Both the position numbers and the translations under genes were made by a program. From the NCBI GenBank assembly GCA_964252035.1, contig OZ176217.1: a stretch of 64,000 bases of DNA; one strand, written 5' to 3'. This stretch comes from Podarcis erhardii (Eukaryota). Position 1 is the stretch's first letter. Each line of letters begins with the position of its first letter. This document shows, in pieces, positions 11,951-26,127 of this stretch. The notes beneath the pieces were generated by a model. It ran no database searches and was not told where the DNA came from. It worked only from the letters and a program-made list of their open reading frames with translations.

Positions 11951-14900
11951 AGGTGACCCCCGAGGTGATAATGATTGGGGCACGTCGCAGAACTGTTAAA
12001 AAAAAAAAAAAGCGGGGAGGGGGGAGAAAACATGGAGACGTATGGTAGTAGGACATTCTGCAAGAGGCGAAGAATACTTTTATAGAGTTTATTATGTTCA
12101 TGACGCTTAATCGAGTAACATAAGTAGAAAGACCTGCCCGGCAGGGTTTGCAAACCGCATGGGGACAATGGGTGCAGAAAGCAAAAGAAGGACTCATTTT
12201 GTATAGCCTACTCTTTGCTAAGAAGGAAGGGCTACTTTTCCATACTGAATGAAGTCTATCCCACTCTCTACTAGAAGCTTCAGAACGATACATACAATAG
12301 TCCCCCTCCCCCCTACAGTCTTCAGGTTATTTACTTCTGAGTCGACGCTTCTAGCTCCGTTTAAGCCATCGGGACTAGCTTGCAACTATCCTCTCAAGAA
12401 GGTGGCTCCATTACATTTCAGACGATGGGCTCAATCCACTGGGAGGTTCTGCGCAAAGCCCCACTGAAACTTAGGGAAGCGGCCCATGTGCAAAGCCTGC
12501 TCTTTGTCGTGGATTGTGTCTAGTCTCAGCCACTTTTCCCTTGGAAAGAGAGGGAAAGGCCTCATGTCAATTTTCCATATTTGCTCAGCCCAAGACCTGA
12601 TTATTTACTCCGAAGAAAAGTCCGCCGAGTTCGTGCCAGATTACAATAGGTGTTTCCTCCCCTCTCCCAGTAAAATTGAGCTAAATGTAAACACCCTTGG
12701 TTTTAAAGACCATGCTTAGGCTCAAATGTTCCTCTTCTGTGTCAATTCCAGACCTAGTACTTGGAAGGAAGACATACTGTATTCCTTGATTTCATGGAAG
12801 CGTGGCTCCAGGCCAGAGTTGCTGTATCGTGGCTGTGATTCTAAACATGCAAATGGGATCCTAAGCTTGTTTATTCGGAAATAAAAGCTACTGAGTGCAG
12901 ATGGGTTTACTCCTTAGTAAGTGTGGCGAGGACAGAACCTAAAGGGACTTATGCTGCAAGGAAGCACCTTGGATGGAGGCCCCTTTACGCGCACGCAGCT
13001 TTAACAGAGCCCGTCACATCTACCCATGCTCCAAATAAAATAAGTAGGTCTGATTCTTCGTTCAGAAGGCCTATTTCAGACACAGCCCCCGCCCTAGAAA
13101 ACCTCCAACAGGACTGTGAGCTTGGTTGGGAACGGGGAAGTGATGCAAGTCCATGAGCGTGAAAACGTAGGCCAGGCGAAGCTCGATTGAGAGCCGCCCC
13201 GGATCGACGGCGTGGGGGCTATGGGGAGTTCACTTGTTCTCTGCACCGAAACTTTCTCTCTCTCTCTCTCTCTCCTTCATTGAGAACAACGCCGTGTTGA
13301 TGGACAATCCCGGTGCCTCTCGTGCCACTGAATCCAGACAGTCTGTTAAGGGAGGCGCTTTTCCCCTCTGTGACCCGTGAAATAATCTATAGAATTGTTT
13401 ACTTTCAGCTCTGATCTCACTGTCAAACACACTCCTGGGTGCAACACACGTGGGACCCACGCTTCCACTCTCGGCTTGGGCCATCCTGGGTGGGTAACAT
13501 CATTACTCGCCTCGCTTTGTAGGGTATAGTTCCTTTTCTGGTAAAAGAGAGAGAAGGGGGGGGGGGGATCTGGCTGTCCTTGAGGGCGGTGGCAGGAACC
13601 AGCCCCACCATTTAGCAATGGGAGAACAGGAGAGGGTGTGTTAAGCGGTATCTGGGGCCTATGGGCGGAAATCAGGGGAGATTTCGCCCCCAAAGGAAAT
13701 GCGGGCAGTCCAGATTTAAGGGGAAGGGGAAATTTCGGCAAGAACCCGTCTTAAAGCAATCTGGGAATGAGGGTGATGGAGGGAGATACTCATTTAGTGT
13801 GTTTGTTATTACATTACATGAACCAGGGACAGTGTTGATAACGGCAAGCGCTTCTACCACAAAGGGCAAACTGTCAGCCTTGTTATTTTTTATGAAAGTA
13901 AAAGGATTTGCTGCTGTGACGTACACGGTACATAAGGTGAGGATGGTGATAATGGTGATGAAGATGATAGCTGGTAGCTTGCAAGATACAGAATGGTCGC
14001 TGCTGCTGCTGCTGCTGCTATAGTTCTCTGCGTGCCTGGCACTTTAACAGAAGCAAAATATTCCTTGCACCGAGGACTGCACACTTTGGTTTTGGGTGGT
14101 GGTGGGGGGGGGAAGGCTGTCACTAACTGCGTAGAACCAGGGAGTTGGCCTTAGAGGAGAGTGTTCCTGAAGAATAATCAATGGTGATTATTGGAAACGC
14201 GGGTGTCTGTGTGGACTGCAGTAATGACACTGATGTGTCCCCCTCCCAGCAGTCAGGAAACGGTGAGCGACAATCTGACAATGCACAAACCACTTGCAGT
14301 AAAGGAGCTTGGATTAAAGTGATGACAGCAAGCGCGGATAACCTACAGGCCTACATCCCTTGAGTTCAGGTGCAACTGGATTGCGAGTCACGCGGGGAAC
14401 GTGTGAAAGAAGATTGCCACCCGGGTTCTAAACACATTTACTCGCAAGCGGAGGATTTTAAAATGGAACTTAAAGGCGCGCACAGCATCCTGGTGCTAAA
14501 TACAAACAGGCCGCGACAGACTACAGGAAAGCTCCTCCCCAGCTAAGCTTCTTCTCCAAATATTTTTGCGCGTTAGTCTTGAGTTCTGAGGGCCGAAGTT
14601 CTCCAAGCGTAAAGCTGGTGGCAACACAAGCATGGCTGAAAATATCTACCCCCCCCCCGCTGTTTCACACTCCCTTGACCTACGCAACCACAATGTTATT
14701 AAAGGTAAAAGTAATAGCCTACTAATACACTGGCTTCAGTTTAGTTTAGCGTGGAATTCAAAATCTCTCTCTTCCTCTCGTCTCTCAAACACACACACAC
14801 ACGGGGGGGGGGGGCCTTGCAGGTTCCCTTTTCCATTCCAAAACAAACCCCGCGGGCTCCACTGCTCAATTGGCTACAAGGAAATACAACAGCAGATGCG

Positions 14901-17656
14901 CCAAAAAGTGAAAAGCGCGCTCTGCAATGCAAAAATGCGAAGGAAAAGGCGAAATATGAAAACCTTTTTTCCCGGGTTGTTGATTGTCTGGAAATGAGGG
15001 TTGATACAGAGTCTCTCCTGTCTTCTTCCGTCCTACCTTCTTTCCTTATTTTGCTCAGGAAATCTTGAGGAGGCACGTGCACCCTGCCTTAACTTCAGAG
15101 AGATGATCTGCATATAATCCAATTAGTCTTGCTTTCTGTACAAACACAACGCGCCTGCAACCAGATTCCCCCACCCCTCGGCCCCTTGTTCAACCTGCTT
15201 CAGTTAATATAAGAAAAAGAAAGTAAGAAGATCAAGACTGGCAACAAATTAGGCGCCATTAACACCGAAGACCAGGGAGGTTCTCCCATTGAAATGAATG
15301 GGAATAGTGCTCCCGCGCTGGCCTCGTTTCTCTCCATGGGGCTCGCTGTCCTCGCTTCGAAACGTTTACATTGTTTATGGGCGCGTTTTGCAAGGGAGAG
15401 AAAAGAAGGGAGCGTGTGTGGTGGGACTTCTTCAAAGAGGATTATTTGAAAAATCTGCCAAAGTTGCTTCTTTTCGTTACGAATGGCTGTGACGCACGAG
15501 TGGGATCCCAATCCACAAATTAAGGGGAGGTCTGGCATGAAAAGAGAACGGTTTGAGACCTATATTTCCTAATAGATCTCAGTCACCTGTGACTTTCGAA
15601 TTCTGGAGCCCGGATTCCCTGGGAGGTCTCATTTTCTGAATGCCCTCTTTGAACACCAGGACGATCTTAAAGCTAGGCCGTCGCTGGCAAAAAGCATGAC
15701 TTTTTAAGTGGTGGCTCCAGTCCTCATTAATCCTTTCTCTAGGGTGTTCGCCACTGGTCTTGAGGCTCATGGTCAAGGTTATTATTCTGTTTTAAACGTA
15801 TTTTCATCGTTAACTCTGCTGCTATGGCTGCTTGCTCTTTTATCTCACTTGATTGCACGACGGTTGGTTTAGTAACTCAATGCATGTTTTTGTGTGTGTG
15901 TGTGTGTAAAGCCCACACTGTTCAATGGAGCTTTCTTCCAGGGTAGTTTACAAAGGTTTGCAAATTTAGCTGTGGTGTTTTCTTTTCTCCTGCGTCTAGA
16001 CAAAATGTCTGTACACTAATAGTAGTAGTAGGAGGAGGAGTAGTAGTAGTGATGATGATAATGGCAGTAATAATACTAATACTAATACTTTCGATGGGGA
16101 TAAGCTACGAAACCCCCTCCATGCATCTCCTCTGACGTTCCCCCCTTAAATCGGAAGGTTGCGTGAATCTCTCTCCAGCTTTATCCCTCTACGTGTAAAA
16201 CCGAGCAGGATTCGTGAGGTTGAGAAAGAACTGTGCAGAAGGAGAGAAGTGCTATGCTCTGGATGAGGAGGGGAAAAATAAGCAGTGTAAAGACCAGTGT
16301 AAATTCTGCCTACTAAATCAGTGCCGACCAAACCACATATCCTGGGGCACTTTTTAAAAGTTATTTAATCGGAGCATTCAACACGCGCTTGGAAGGCAGC
16401 AGTCTGGGCACAGCCTTAGCTTGGGTTGGAAGCAGCAAAAGGATTAAATCAATGGGACCTAAGAGATGTGGTGGGTCGTAGTGCACATTTCTCCGGCTGA
16501 AATCACTGGGATTTAAAGTTGCTTAATGAATGAATGAAAATCGGTCATTAGAATGAAGACTCCATTGCTTTCAATAGGGCTTGGTTCCAAGTTAATGTGT
16601 CCAGGCATGTTGGTTGCAGAACGTGATCGTTATCATTGGTGCTGTTCAGTTGTTGTTGAAGTGCTTCACCTCTCTAGCAGCAGTGCTAGAATGACTGAAG
16701 AGACAGAGGGTTTATATACTACAACATCTCTCACACACACATCGTCAGAGGACACAGGGAGCGCTCTCTCACGCAGTTAAGCCTAAGCACTTGGGCTGAA
16801 GCTGTGAATTCCACTAATTTTAGCACGATTGAGGATCTGGGTTCAATAAATGGGACACTGCCTTTAAATCAGCGGTTGCCTGATCCTCGTAGATACAAAG
16901 ACGCGCGGAATTAAGAGTCCTCTGAGAACGCAGTGTGTGTGTGTGTAAAAACTGGCCCTGTATTTTGTTATGGCAGCTCACACTGAGCATTATTTTGCAA
17001 ACAGAGAAAGGGTAGAGGGGAAGGGAGCCCCCCCACTCCGCGATCACGCCCCTAACATCTCTGCTTTCTATTTAGTCGAGTATGTACACGCTATGCGAGC
17101 AAAAGTGAAGTCGACAGGCGCTTTAGAAGAACTTCGGCATCCTCACCAAATCCCATCTAGCTGTGACAAGCGCATTGGGGAGCTGAGCGGGGGCAGGGCG
17201 GGGCAGGGGGGGGGAATGAAGCCGTGCCACGCCACTTTTACAGCCCCACCACTATCATAATCCTAAACATGTTTGCTCACAAGGGGGTCTAGGAAAGTAT
17301 TCGAGGCTTAAGCACGAGCACACGAGTGTGCTGTTCACACGACGTGGACGTTCTTTTCTCGAGGACTTCCAATGCCCAAGGCGTGGGGGTAACAACCCCA
17401 CGAACGAAACTGCTCTAGGAATGGAAAAACATTGTATTTCGACATGCTGTGAAAGAGCCCTCTCGGTCTTTTTTTGATCTGCGGTGGCTCATTGACATAC
17501 GGGTGTCACCCCTTCATACTGTAGTGATGAATGTGCCATGCGTGTATATATTGCGCTTGGGTGTTTGCATTCAGAACTGTGTGTGTGTGTTTTTCCTCCA
17601 AGGATGTAGGCAATCTTGACTTTCTCCCGAATAAGCTTGTATTGAATTGGGCTGCA

Positions 17657-17796
17657 CATGAGCGTAGCCAGGATTTTTGGGAGTGGGGCAGGCCTTTTGT
17701 TAGGGGGGCAGAACCTCAGTGTGCTCTATATTTTTTATTTTTATTGATTTAGGGGGACAGCTGCCCCTCCCTCCCCCCCCCATGGCTATGCCCATG
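17657..17796. mobile_element. hAT-like MITE
   Basis: TIRs CATGAGCGTAGCCA / TGGCTATGCCCATG; 8-bp TSD GGGCTGCA / GAGCTGCA (7/8). Confidence 0.85.
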
Positions 17797-18214
17797 GAGC
17801 TGCATCTTAGAGCTAAGTCTATCAGGCCTTTGCCCTTGTAAATTTTCCAGCACCTGCTTTGAAAATTAAAGAAGAGAGTGTATTTGACCCCCCATTCCCC
17901 CCACTTACACCTACAACCGAATTCTGGTTGCCATTTGCATTTCTGATCGCCATCACTGAGGTCCTTTTAAGACATGGAGCACAAGGGTACCCTCTGGCTG
18001 AATCTGAAACATCAGGCCAAACTGGTCCCTGGAACCTGGTGCCTTATAATGTTATGAGGATCCTTGGAAGATATGTACTCCTTTTGCCGCTACAAAGAAC
18101 CTTGATTGAGAGTCATTTCCGTTAAAGAGGTTTGAACCTGACCAGTTAACATGCATGAACACAGCATAGGAGTGGAGAAGGAAAAGAAATGGAGTTTGGA
18201 ATTATTTGTATCCA

Positions 18215-18354
18215 GCTTAGTCATGCTGGCCACATGACCCGGAAAAACTGTCTGCGAACAAACACAGGCTCCCTCGGCCAATAGAGCGAGATGAGTGCAC
18301 AACCCCAGAGTCATCCGCGACTGGACCTAATGGTCAGGGGTACCTTTACCTTTA
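18215..18354 (+). mobile_element. Sauria SINE, 5'-truncated
   Basis: GCTTAGTCATGCTGGCCACATGACCCGGAA core and (ACCTTT)n tail; reverse-complement match to the copy at 56167. Confidence 0.92.
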
Positions 18355-19140
18355 AACATGATACACATACAGTGCAATCCTAAAAGTGTTCACTCAGAAA
18401 TAAATCTCATTGCGTTCAGATGAAGCTTACTTCTAGAAAATTGTGCATAGCACTGCAGGTCTAGGAAGTTCAGTGGGAATCAATGGGATTTTGTTTCCAA
18501 GTAAATGTATTTAGGATTGAAGTGTCTCTGTTCCCATTCAAATCAGCGAGTGAGGCAAAAACGGAGGACACATCTCTCCCTTCCTCCCTCTCTCACAAAC
18601 ACACTCACACACTCTTCTATGACCAAGTCTAAGCAATACCAGGCAAGAACCAAATCCCAGGACCTTGCAGGTAGGAAGCCACCTAGGTGGAGAGAGGACT
18701 CCATCAAAAAACTTTGTTGTGAGGAATGTGCAACCAGGGTAAACGAAGGTTTACCAGACTGGAACTCCCCCTGCTGCTAGTTCCATAAGGCTGCAGCAGT
18801 GAGTTGCCCACCATCACAAGGAGGATTGGATGGGCTTCTTTTTAGATCCAAGACATTGTTAGAACTGGCACGAGGGACTTGTTCCCCAAGTGGATATTTT
18901 GGGAGGAAAGGCCTAGAGGACTCCAGGTTTACAACCCTGGGAATGTGGAGAGGCAGAGCTGGAAGGCTCTATTCGCAAGCCAACTGAGCAAGAGCTCTTG
19001 GGTGGGAGTGAATTGCTAGCCATTGAGGTCAGATAAAGCTGGTTGCTGCACTGGGAGGCTGGAGTCCAGGGGTGTTGATGGGATTTGATAGGTGACATTG
19101 TAACAAGGATTTTGGTGTTTTGAAATGCACCTCTTTATAT

Positions 19141-19488
19141 TTAAGAGCCCACTGAGGCCAGTGGCCTCTCCAGTCTAATGCCTTGTTCTCACAGTGGCTA
19201 GCCAGATGTCTGTGGTAAGCAGGACCTGAGCACAAAGCACTTTCCCAAGCCGTTATTCCCAGCAACTGGTATTGAGAGGTGTGTGAGTGTTTCTTTGTGA
19301 ATGAGGTATATTCCCTCTGACAGTGGAGGTAGAACATACCCATCAGGGCTAGTAGCTATTGATTGATAACCTTTTTCTTCTTGAATTTATCTAACCATCT
19401 TTTAAACCCATCCAAGTTGGTGGCATCACATCTTGTGAAAGTGAATTCCATAGTTTTAACTATGCACTGCATGAAGAAGTACTTTCTT
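19141..19488 (-). mobile_element. CR1 LINE 3' fragment, degraded
   Basis: TGTTCTCACAGTGG...CCAGCAACTGGTATT...CCATCCAAGTTGGTGG...GAAGAAGTACTT pattern is typical of the reverse-complemented squamate CR1 3' end (recognised from memory). Confidence 0.75.
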
Positions 19489-19538
19489 ACTTCACATACA
19501 TAAACCTAAGTGGCTTTTTTACCTAAGTAAAGCATATA

Positions 19539-19753
19539 CAGTGGTACCTCGGGTTACATACGCTTCAGATTACAGACTCCACTAACCCAGAAATATTACC
19601 TCGGGTTAAGAACTTTGCTTCAGGATGAGAACAGAAATCGCACAGCGGCAGCGGGAGGCCCCATTAGCTAAAGTGGTGCTTCAGGTTAAGAACAGTTTCA
19701 GGTTAAGAACGGACCTCCAGAACGAATTAAGTACTTAACTCAAGGTACCACTG
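19539..19753. mobile_element. Tc1/mariner (Tigger-like) MITE
   Basis: TIRs CAGTGGTACCTCGGGTTA / TAACTCAAGGTACCACTG, TA on both flanks; same family as 41269 and 61570. Confidence 0.93.
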
Positions 19754-19920
19754 TACTGAAAAGAACTCATACAGGTGTTTGAAAACACTGATACCACACA
19801 GGTATTGGCTGTGACTTCCTGCTAATTGTACACTCAGTAGAAAACAGATATGTGACTCTATAATGTGTGAAAATGGGCTGCAGAATCCCTTTAGAAGTGA
19901 TTAAAAACCACTAACAGTTC

Positions 19921-20108
19921 CATAGGAGCCAACTTCTAGGGGCTGAGGTCCCTTTGGCCCCCATAATAAAATATTTGAGGGAGCTGCCCCCCCCCCAAGT
20001 TGATAGGTAGTTACATTCAAATGGTGTGCACGCCACATTTTGTGATTGATTGTGCAGGGCAGGGCTTACCTGAGTCCCCCAATATTTTATTCAAATTGGC
20101 ACACCCTG
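19921..20108 (+). mobile_element. hAT-like MITE, CpG-decayed copy
   Basis: CATAGGAGCCAAC...ATTGGCACACCCTG; colinear with the minus-strand copy at 26128-26316. Confidence 0.82.
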
Positions 20109-21234
20109 AACGATGCAACCCTTTGTGTGCCTATTCCAGAGCAAAATTATCAAATGAATGTGCATAGGATTGCAGCCTAAATTAACTTAACAATGGACTT
20201 AAATCCAATGTGTTTTTGATCAGCTGTTTTGTGGGTGGTGGCCTAATGTCGCTGAACTCAACTGATTCAAAACAGAACCTTGAATGTAGTCATTCCCTTT
20301 CCTTGCTGAATAAACTGTTATTTTTAATTAATGTCCAAGAACATTCTATTATAACAGCAAAGTGAGGATTCGAAATGCCTAAGGCTGTTGTTGGCCTTCC
20401 TTATGCAGGACACAGGCTGTTTCTCTTAACGTGGGAGCAAAATTAAACAGTCCACGGTGAGGCTTAGCTTTAGAAATAATCAGACATAAACATACTCTAA
20501 AAAGTCACTCTCAGTCTGGACAAAAGTCAGCCCCATGTTTTCTTCAGGAAAAAGAGACAGATTTGAGAACTGATGCACATACAGCTTGCTGAAAATTGCA
20601 GCAAGGCGCTGACATGGAGTGGAGGGTAATATGAAATGGTTAGCATTGACTCTGGTGAGAGCATATGGGTGCAGCAAGTTTGTATAGGGAGAGGCGTTCA
20701 TCAATGACCGGAAGAAAGTGTCCAAGCTTGAATACAAAAGGGAACCATCTTCAAAGGCTGTTGAGCTGGGAAAGGGGGTGGGGGAAGAGGGAAAGAAAAG
20801 AAAACCGAGACACTGGTCTCTGTGCCCCAAGAAATCTTTGTGTTGTTTCATTTTCTCTCCCTCTTCCTCACCTAAAGTTCCTTGCAAATGAATACATGTT
20901 GAAAATTCACAGCCTGGTTCATATCCCACTCACAACGAAAGCACACTTGAACTTAAGAATACCATTTGACTGTGTTTTGTGGAAAGGGTGATCAGAAGTG
21001 ATTCTGCAACGGAAAGAGGCCCAGAGGAACTCACTCTTATAGTGGGTGTCTCCTCTCAAGGTCCTTGACAAATGCGGTTTGGGGTTACTATGGAGCTGAA
21101 AGATCACATTCTGAGACGTTTCCTTTCCTTTGTAAAAGTGCCCTTCACCCTCTGTTGTTGTTATTTAAAAACATGCTTCTCTGAGCTTTAGATCTAACTA
21201 GGAGTGTCATTTTAGATTTCATTCACACTGTGTG

Positions 21235-21236
<2 letters not shown>

Positions 21237-21294
<58 letters not shown>
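21237..21294. repeat. Compound (TG)n(AG)n microsatellite
   Basis: Direct reading. Confidence 0.97.
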
Positions 21295-21298
<4 letters not shown>

Positions 21299-24200
21299 AG
21301 CAGATTCAGTGGCAACATTTAAGGAGCACAGGATAGCACCCTGCATTTCAGACAGATGAACTATGTGCTAACATGAGGTATAAAAGTAACATGCCAATGA
21401 TCTGAAGAAAATTGTTTCTGGCAGTTAGTTTATCCAAGAGCAGGCTTTTGAGTCGTGCTCCCTCTGATAATCCTGCCAAACATACTCTGCCCTGCAAGAA
21501 TCAAACACTGGCTATTTGATATTATATTCAATATTCAATATTGAATACATTAAATACTTCTGCTCAGAAGTAAGTCCCAATGGTTGAAATGAAAAAAAAT
21601 ATCCAGTACATTTTAAGACAAGTTTTTGGTGAATTTTAAAATGCCTCATAATATCAGTATATCAGCTACACTCCTTTTGTTTAAGTCAGCGGATCTGTGG
21701 CTTTGCCATAGGGAATAGGCCCATTTAATGTAACCACAGTAGAAGCCTAGTAAGTCAGTTTACCTGAAATATAAGTGATTTGTAAGGACAGCCAAGTGGC
21801 CTTAAATTTGAGGTGGTGTGTGTGCGCCTCTCTAAATGACATCCCTGGGCTTACTCTATGAATGAAACATAAGATCAAATAAACAAATAATTAGTCAAAG
21901 GTGCATGTGAGAAAAGCCCACCCCTGATAAAACACACAGTTGGAGGGCTATTTAAACAGCGAGGCAATTGTCTTTCTTGTGTTTCAGACCATATGTGATT
22001 ATTCCTTAGGTTTACCTTCAACCACCAGAAAAGCTCTTTAAAAACATGCAGCTTGGTTTGTAAATGCCTAGGAGTCAGACCTTTCAGATAGGTTCAAAAG
22101 CAGATCTTTCCTATGAGTCTTATCCAGCCCTCCAAAAGATACCCCCTCACACTCCACCAGTACCACAAAAATCAGAAATAGAACTCCCATATACTCCAGG
22201 AGAACCCAAGAGCTTCCCTCAAAAGGGAGAAAACTCCTGTATACTATCTTTACTCAGAGACAACACCTACTCAGACCAGTGGGGTGTGGAGTTTGTCTAA
22301 AAATTGTCTTTGGCTTGTGCTTCTTCTGGAGAGAGGGGCACTCTGCAAACATAATGCATAAAAGCAAACACCCAGAGCACCAGCTCCCCATTTCCTACCC
22401 TGCCCATCCAGAACTGTGGTCTTAACCATGGACTGGGCGCTTTGCCTCTCCCGCTGACATCCATCGAAAACAAATAAGCAAGAATTGGTTTAAGGACTAC
22501 AAAGCCATCTCTGAACTTTACTCACACACAAACTCCACCACTCTTTTCAAAACACACAGACCGTTCCCAACACAATGGAGGGGGAACAATTTATTAGCAG
22601 TGGTTAGGGACAGCCGCTGTCCAGTGAATCTGAATGGCCTAAGATTTAAACTGTTCTAGCACCATTTTTGCTGCTAGTATTAATCCGGGCACCACCATAA
22701 TATTAATGGACCTTGTGGCATTTGCTGAGAATTCTGTGGACGGATTCTGGGCTTCAAACTGCAGGTGAGGGGTGAGTGGGTGATGGTTTTGTTGACCCCT
22801 GTCTCCACGTAAAAAACCCCCCAGCAACAGCGCCCGAGGACTGGTGAGCTAAACTAAGTTTTGATCCATGATATGTTAGTTTTCTATGTGAAGGTAGGAG
22901 TTGGGGTGGGGCGGGGTTAAACTTGTGGGAAAGTGTTAAAAAATGCAGTCCTCTCACTATCACCATTTTAAGCTGCAGTCCTAAAGAGCAACCTGGGAAC
23001 TAAGTGAGAACGTCTGAACAGAGGCGCTTAGGATCCTGCTGTCTTCCAGTCGACCCTCTAAATCTGCATACCTTTTCGAGCAGCACTTGTCAGTCTGATC
23101 ATTCTTGGGGATGCTTGAGGACGGATGGATGACCATTAGAAAGAGAGATAGGCGTGTGTGCGTGTGTCCTGATTTCCACTGGCAGCAAGGGGCCAAGAAG
23201 AAGCCACACTTGTGACGCCTCGCAAGAGGAAGTTCTGTCCTTCAGATAAGCCAACTTTGGCTTCTGACACCGCCCTCTTTCGTCCCCCTACCCTTCTCCC
23301 TCTGGGCTCTAATTCGTCGGCACTTCAGCGTCTTCCCGGGGCGACTCGCCTCTTACGATTTCTGCGAAATTCGCTTCCCGATCAGGACGATTAGGATCGC
23401 AGCTTGGTGCGCCCTCGACCTCCCTCAGCTATCGATCTTTGCGCGCACCTTGGGGCGATTAATTCTGGAAGTACTCTGGAAAGAGAGGGGGGGACAGGGC
23501 CTACTTTCGAAGGCCTCGCGTTAGGAGTGAATTTCCCCACCGCCTCACAAACAACACCCCTAGATCCTTGCCAGGCGGACTCATAGTGGTGGGACGCGCA
23601 AGGTTCTCGCGCTCATCCTCGATAACTGGGAAAATGGGGCTGTTTTTTCCATCCTTGCATTGGATGGGCCGGCCGGCGGAGAAGCAGCAGCATCTTTGCT
23701 GGAAATGTCCCTTTCTGCCAAAGCCTCGTAACCTTTGCTGCCGCTTTTCGCTAAGTTTGGAGCTCTCCGCGCTTGAGATCTGCTTGAGAAAAAGGACCAA
23801 AAGCTTTAATAGCTTCTCATGTCGCTGCGCACAAAAAGGTTTGTCCTCAGGCCTCCTCGCACACAACACTGCTCAGTCACAGCAACCCGAGATATCAAGA
23901 GCGCCATGTTCAATAGGCCAACCTATAGATGGAGGAGCACCTCTTCATGGTGGGGAAACGTGCGCACAATTTGGGGGCCTTGCTGTCCACATTCCACACA
24001 GGGTTTCTCAGTGATCCTTTTTGCTTGCGTCTTTGCTAGGTGTGTGCGTTACATTTTTGTGTGTCAAGACATACTGTGAATTGTACCCTTTGGTAACAAC
24101 TCTTTGTTCAGACAGACACAGAAATGTGGCCTGTTTCTTTGCTGAAGGGACCCTTTCGAAATCACCACACTATTAACTGCAGCTGTAGAAAGAAAGGCAT

Positions 24201-26127
24201 CCTGGGAGGACGGTGTGAGTTTTTATTTTTATTTTTAAAGAAACTCCCAGACATGACATGACTGAGCAAGAGGCATTCAGATCCAGCTCTGTTAGAGTCA
24301 ATTGGGGGTTTTTCTTCTGATTCCAAGGATGGGTCGTATCGACGTAAAACGATACTTACTGGTTTTTTGGCGTGCAATCTGGGAGTGACTGTGCCTGCGG
24401 CCGCAAATATTCACCTGTGCTCCTGTAGCAGAAACGAGTGCAACGATGTATTCAACTAAACGCAGTACACTGCTAAGTGTGCATTTACGATGCTTTAATT
24501 AGGTGCAAACGCCCATTAATACAAAAACTTATATTACAACTCAGTGGTAATGCTATGCTATCTTGAGCGTGTACGTGTGTATACTATGTGAAAACAGGGG
24601 AAATATAAAATGGCAGTTATACAAGACATAAGCATATTCACATATAGAAGGCCATGAAGGTTGTATAGGCGCAAGCACGTCATATGACACCTTGAGTCAT
24701 ATGACCAATATTGCTCTGTGTGTTTTCCATCACGTGTACCACAATGTTTTAGGTGCAGACACTGTTATGCCTATTATATTACAGTAAATACAGGACAGCA
24801 GAACAAATGTGGGTCTGAATGTGTGTTCACACATATCCAGGCATAAAATCAGGTACTGTCCCCATTTGCCTGTAGCTTACTGCGAAACCCTTGCACTTGG
24901 AAGCAAGTCTCATTCATTAATTTCTGTGGAACTTCGGCGGTGCATTCGGATCCTAACGATGTTCATGCAGAAGGAATTCATTTTATTTCTTATTTGGGGT
25001 TTCAGTAAGTCTTAACCCCTTAACAATATACCTTAACAGGGCTGTGCGTTGTTCCCCGCTTCAGAGGCGCGCGCCTGTATTTCTATGCACATAGGAATAT
25101 TTTCAAAATATTACCGACAATGCACGGGGATCCAGTCCTCGCGTTTTTATTTTGTTATTTTCCCCACAAAGTACAATGACAAAGAGCATAGTTACTTAGT
25201 TCTGCCATGCATATGAAACCATATCCGGTAATAACTGTACATTTCATGAATTCTGAATAAAGCAGGCGAAAAGAGACCGTATCGAGTCATTTTAGGGCGG
25301 CGAGTCGTGTGCTATTTCTAAAGCCAAAGAGACGAGCGAACGAGCGGTTGCTCCCTATATTTAATGATCCTTATCTCGCTTCTCTCATTTTGAAGCCCGC
25401 TTTATAAAAAGGAGCACTCTGATTTTATATATTTATCTCTCTGTGTGTAGCTACAGTTTTAAAAACAATCGCAATAGGGTTTTGTTTTTTTTTTTAAAAA
25501 ACCAGACTTAAAATGTTCACACACCCGTCTTAAGAGGGTTTTACTAAAGTGCCTACCGTGGCAAGTGGGAGTCACTTGCTACTGGAGAGGGAACAAGTTC
25601 AGGACTGGGCGACTAGTGGAGGCCTTTCGTTGAGCGCAGGGCACGAGTGGATCGCGTCCTCCGCCTCAACCGCCCGCGTCAGTGGCTAGGGCAGCCCTGA
25701 GGCCTCTTCCGAGACGGGTTTCCCCGGCTGTTGATGGGAGTTCAATGGCAAAATCGATGAGGTCGGACTTGGCAGGTGGTGAGACGGAAGGAGACGCGCT
25801 TGGAATTACCGGCGGGCAGCGGCGTCTCCAGGCGAACCCAAGACCCTCCCTCAAAAGGGAGCGAACTTTCCTAACCTCTGATGAAAGGAAACAAGTTCCT
25901 TTCCCCGAGCACCAGTGTCCCAGCTCCTCCCCACACACCCCGCTCCATTCTCCGCGCCTGGGGAGGACGTTCTGGAGGCTCCCTCTATGGGGACCGAAGG
26001 AACACAAGGCTGGAGCTGAGAGAGGCTTGCAGATGCTTGGCTGATGCTCTCCATCTCCCAGCTCAAAGAAAGGGGCGACACAAAACACATTTCATTCTCC
26101 AACACACATGTAAGTGTGCTCTTATTC

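Noticed and set aside
18620-19140. Possible LTR or other retroelement remnant next to the CR1 fragment
   Set aside because: Transposon-like context, but no TG...CA ends, TSD or recognisable consensus, so it is not called.
25682-26044. ORF containing KRERTFLTSDE, reminiscent of a homeodomain N-terminal arm
   Set aside because: Lacks the helix-1 leucines, the F20/Y25 spacing and the WFxNRR helix; chance resemblance.
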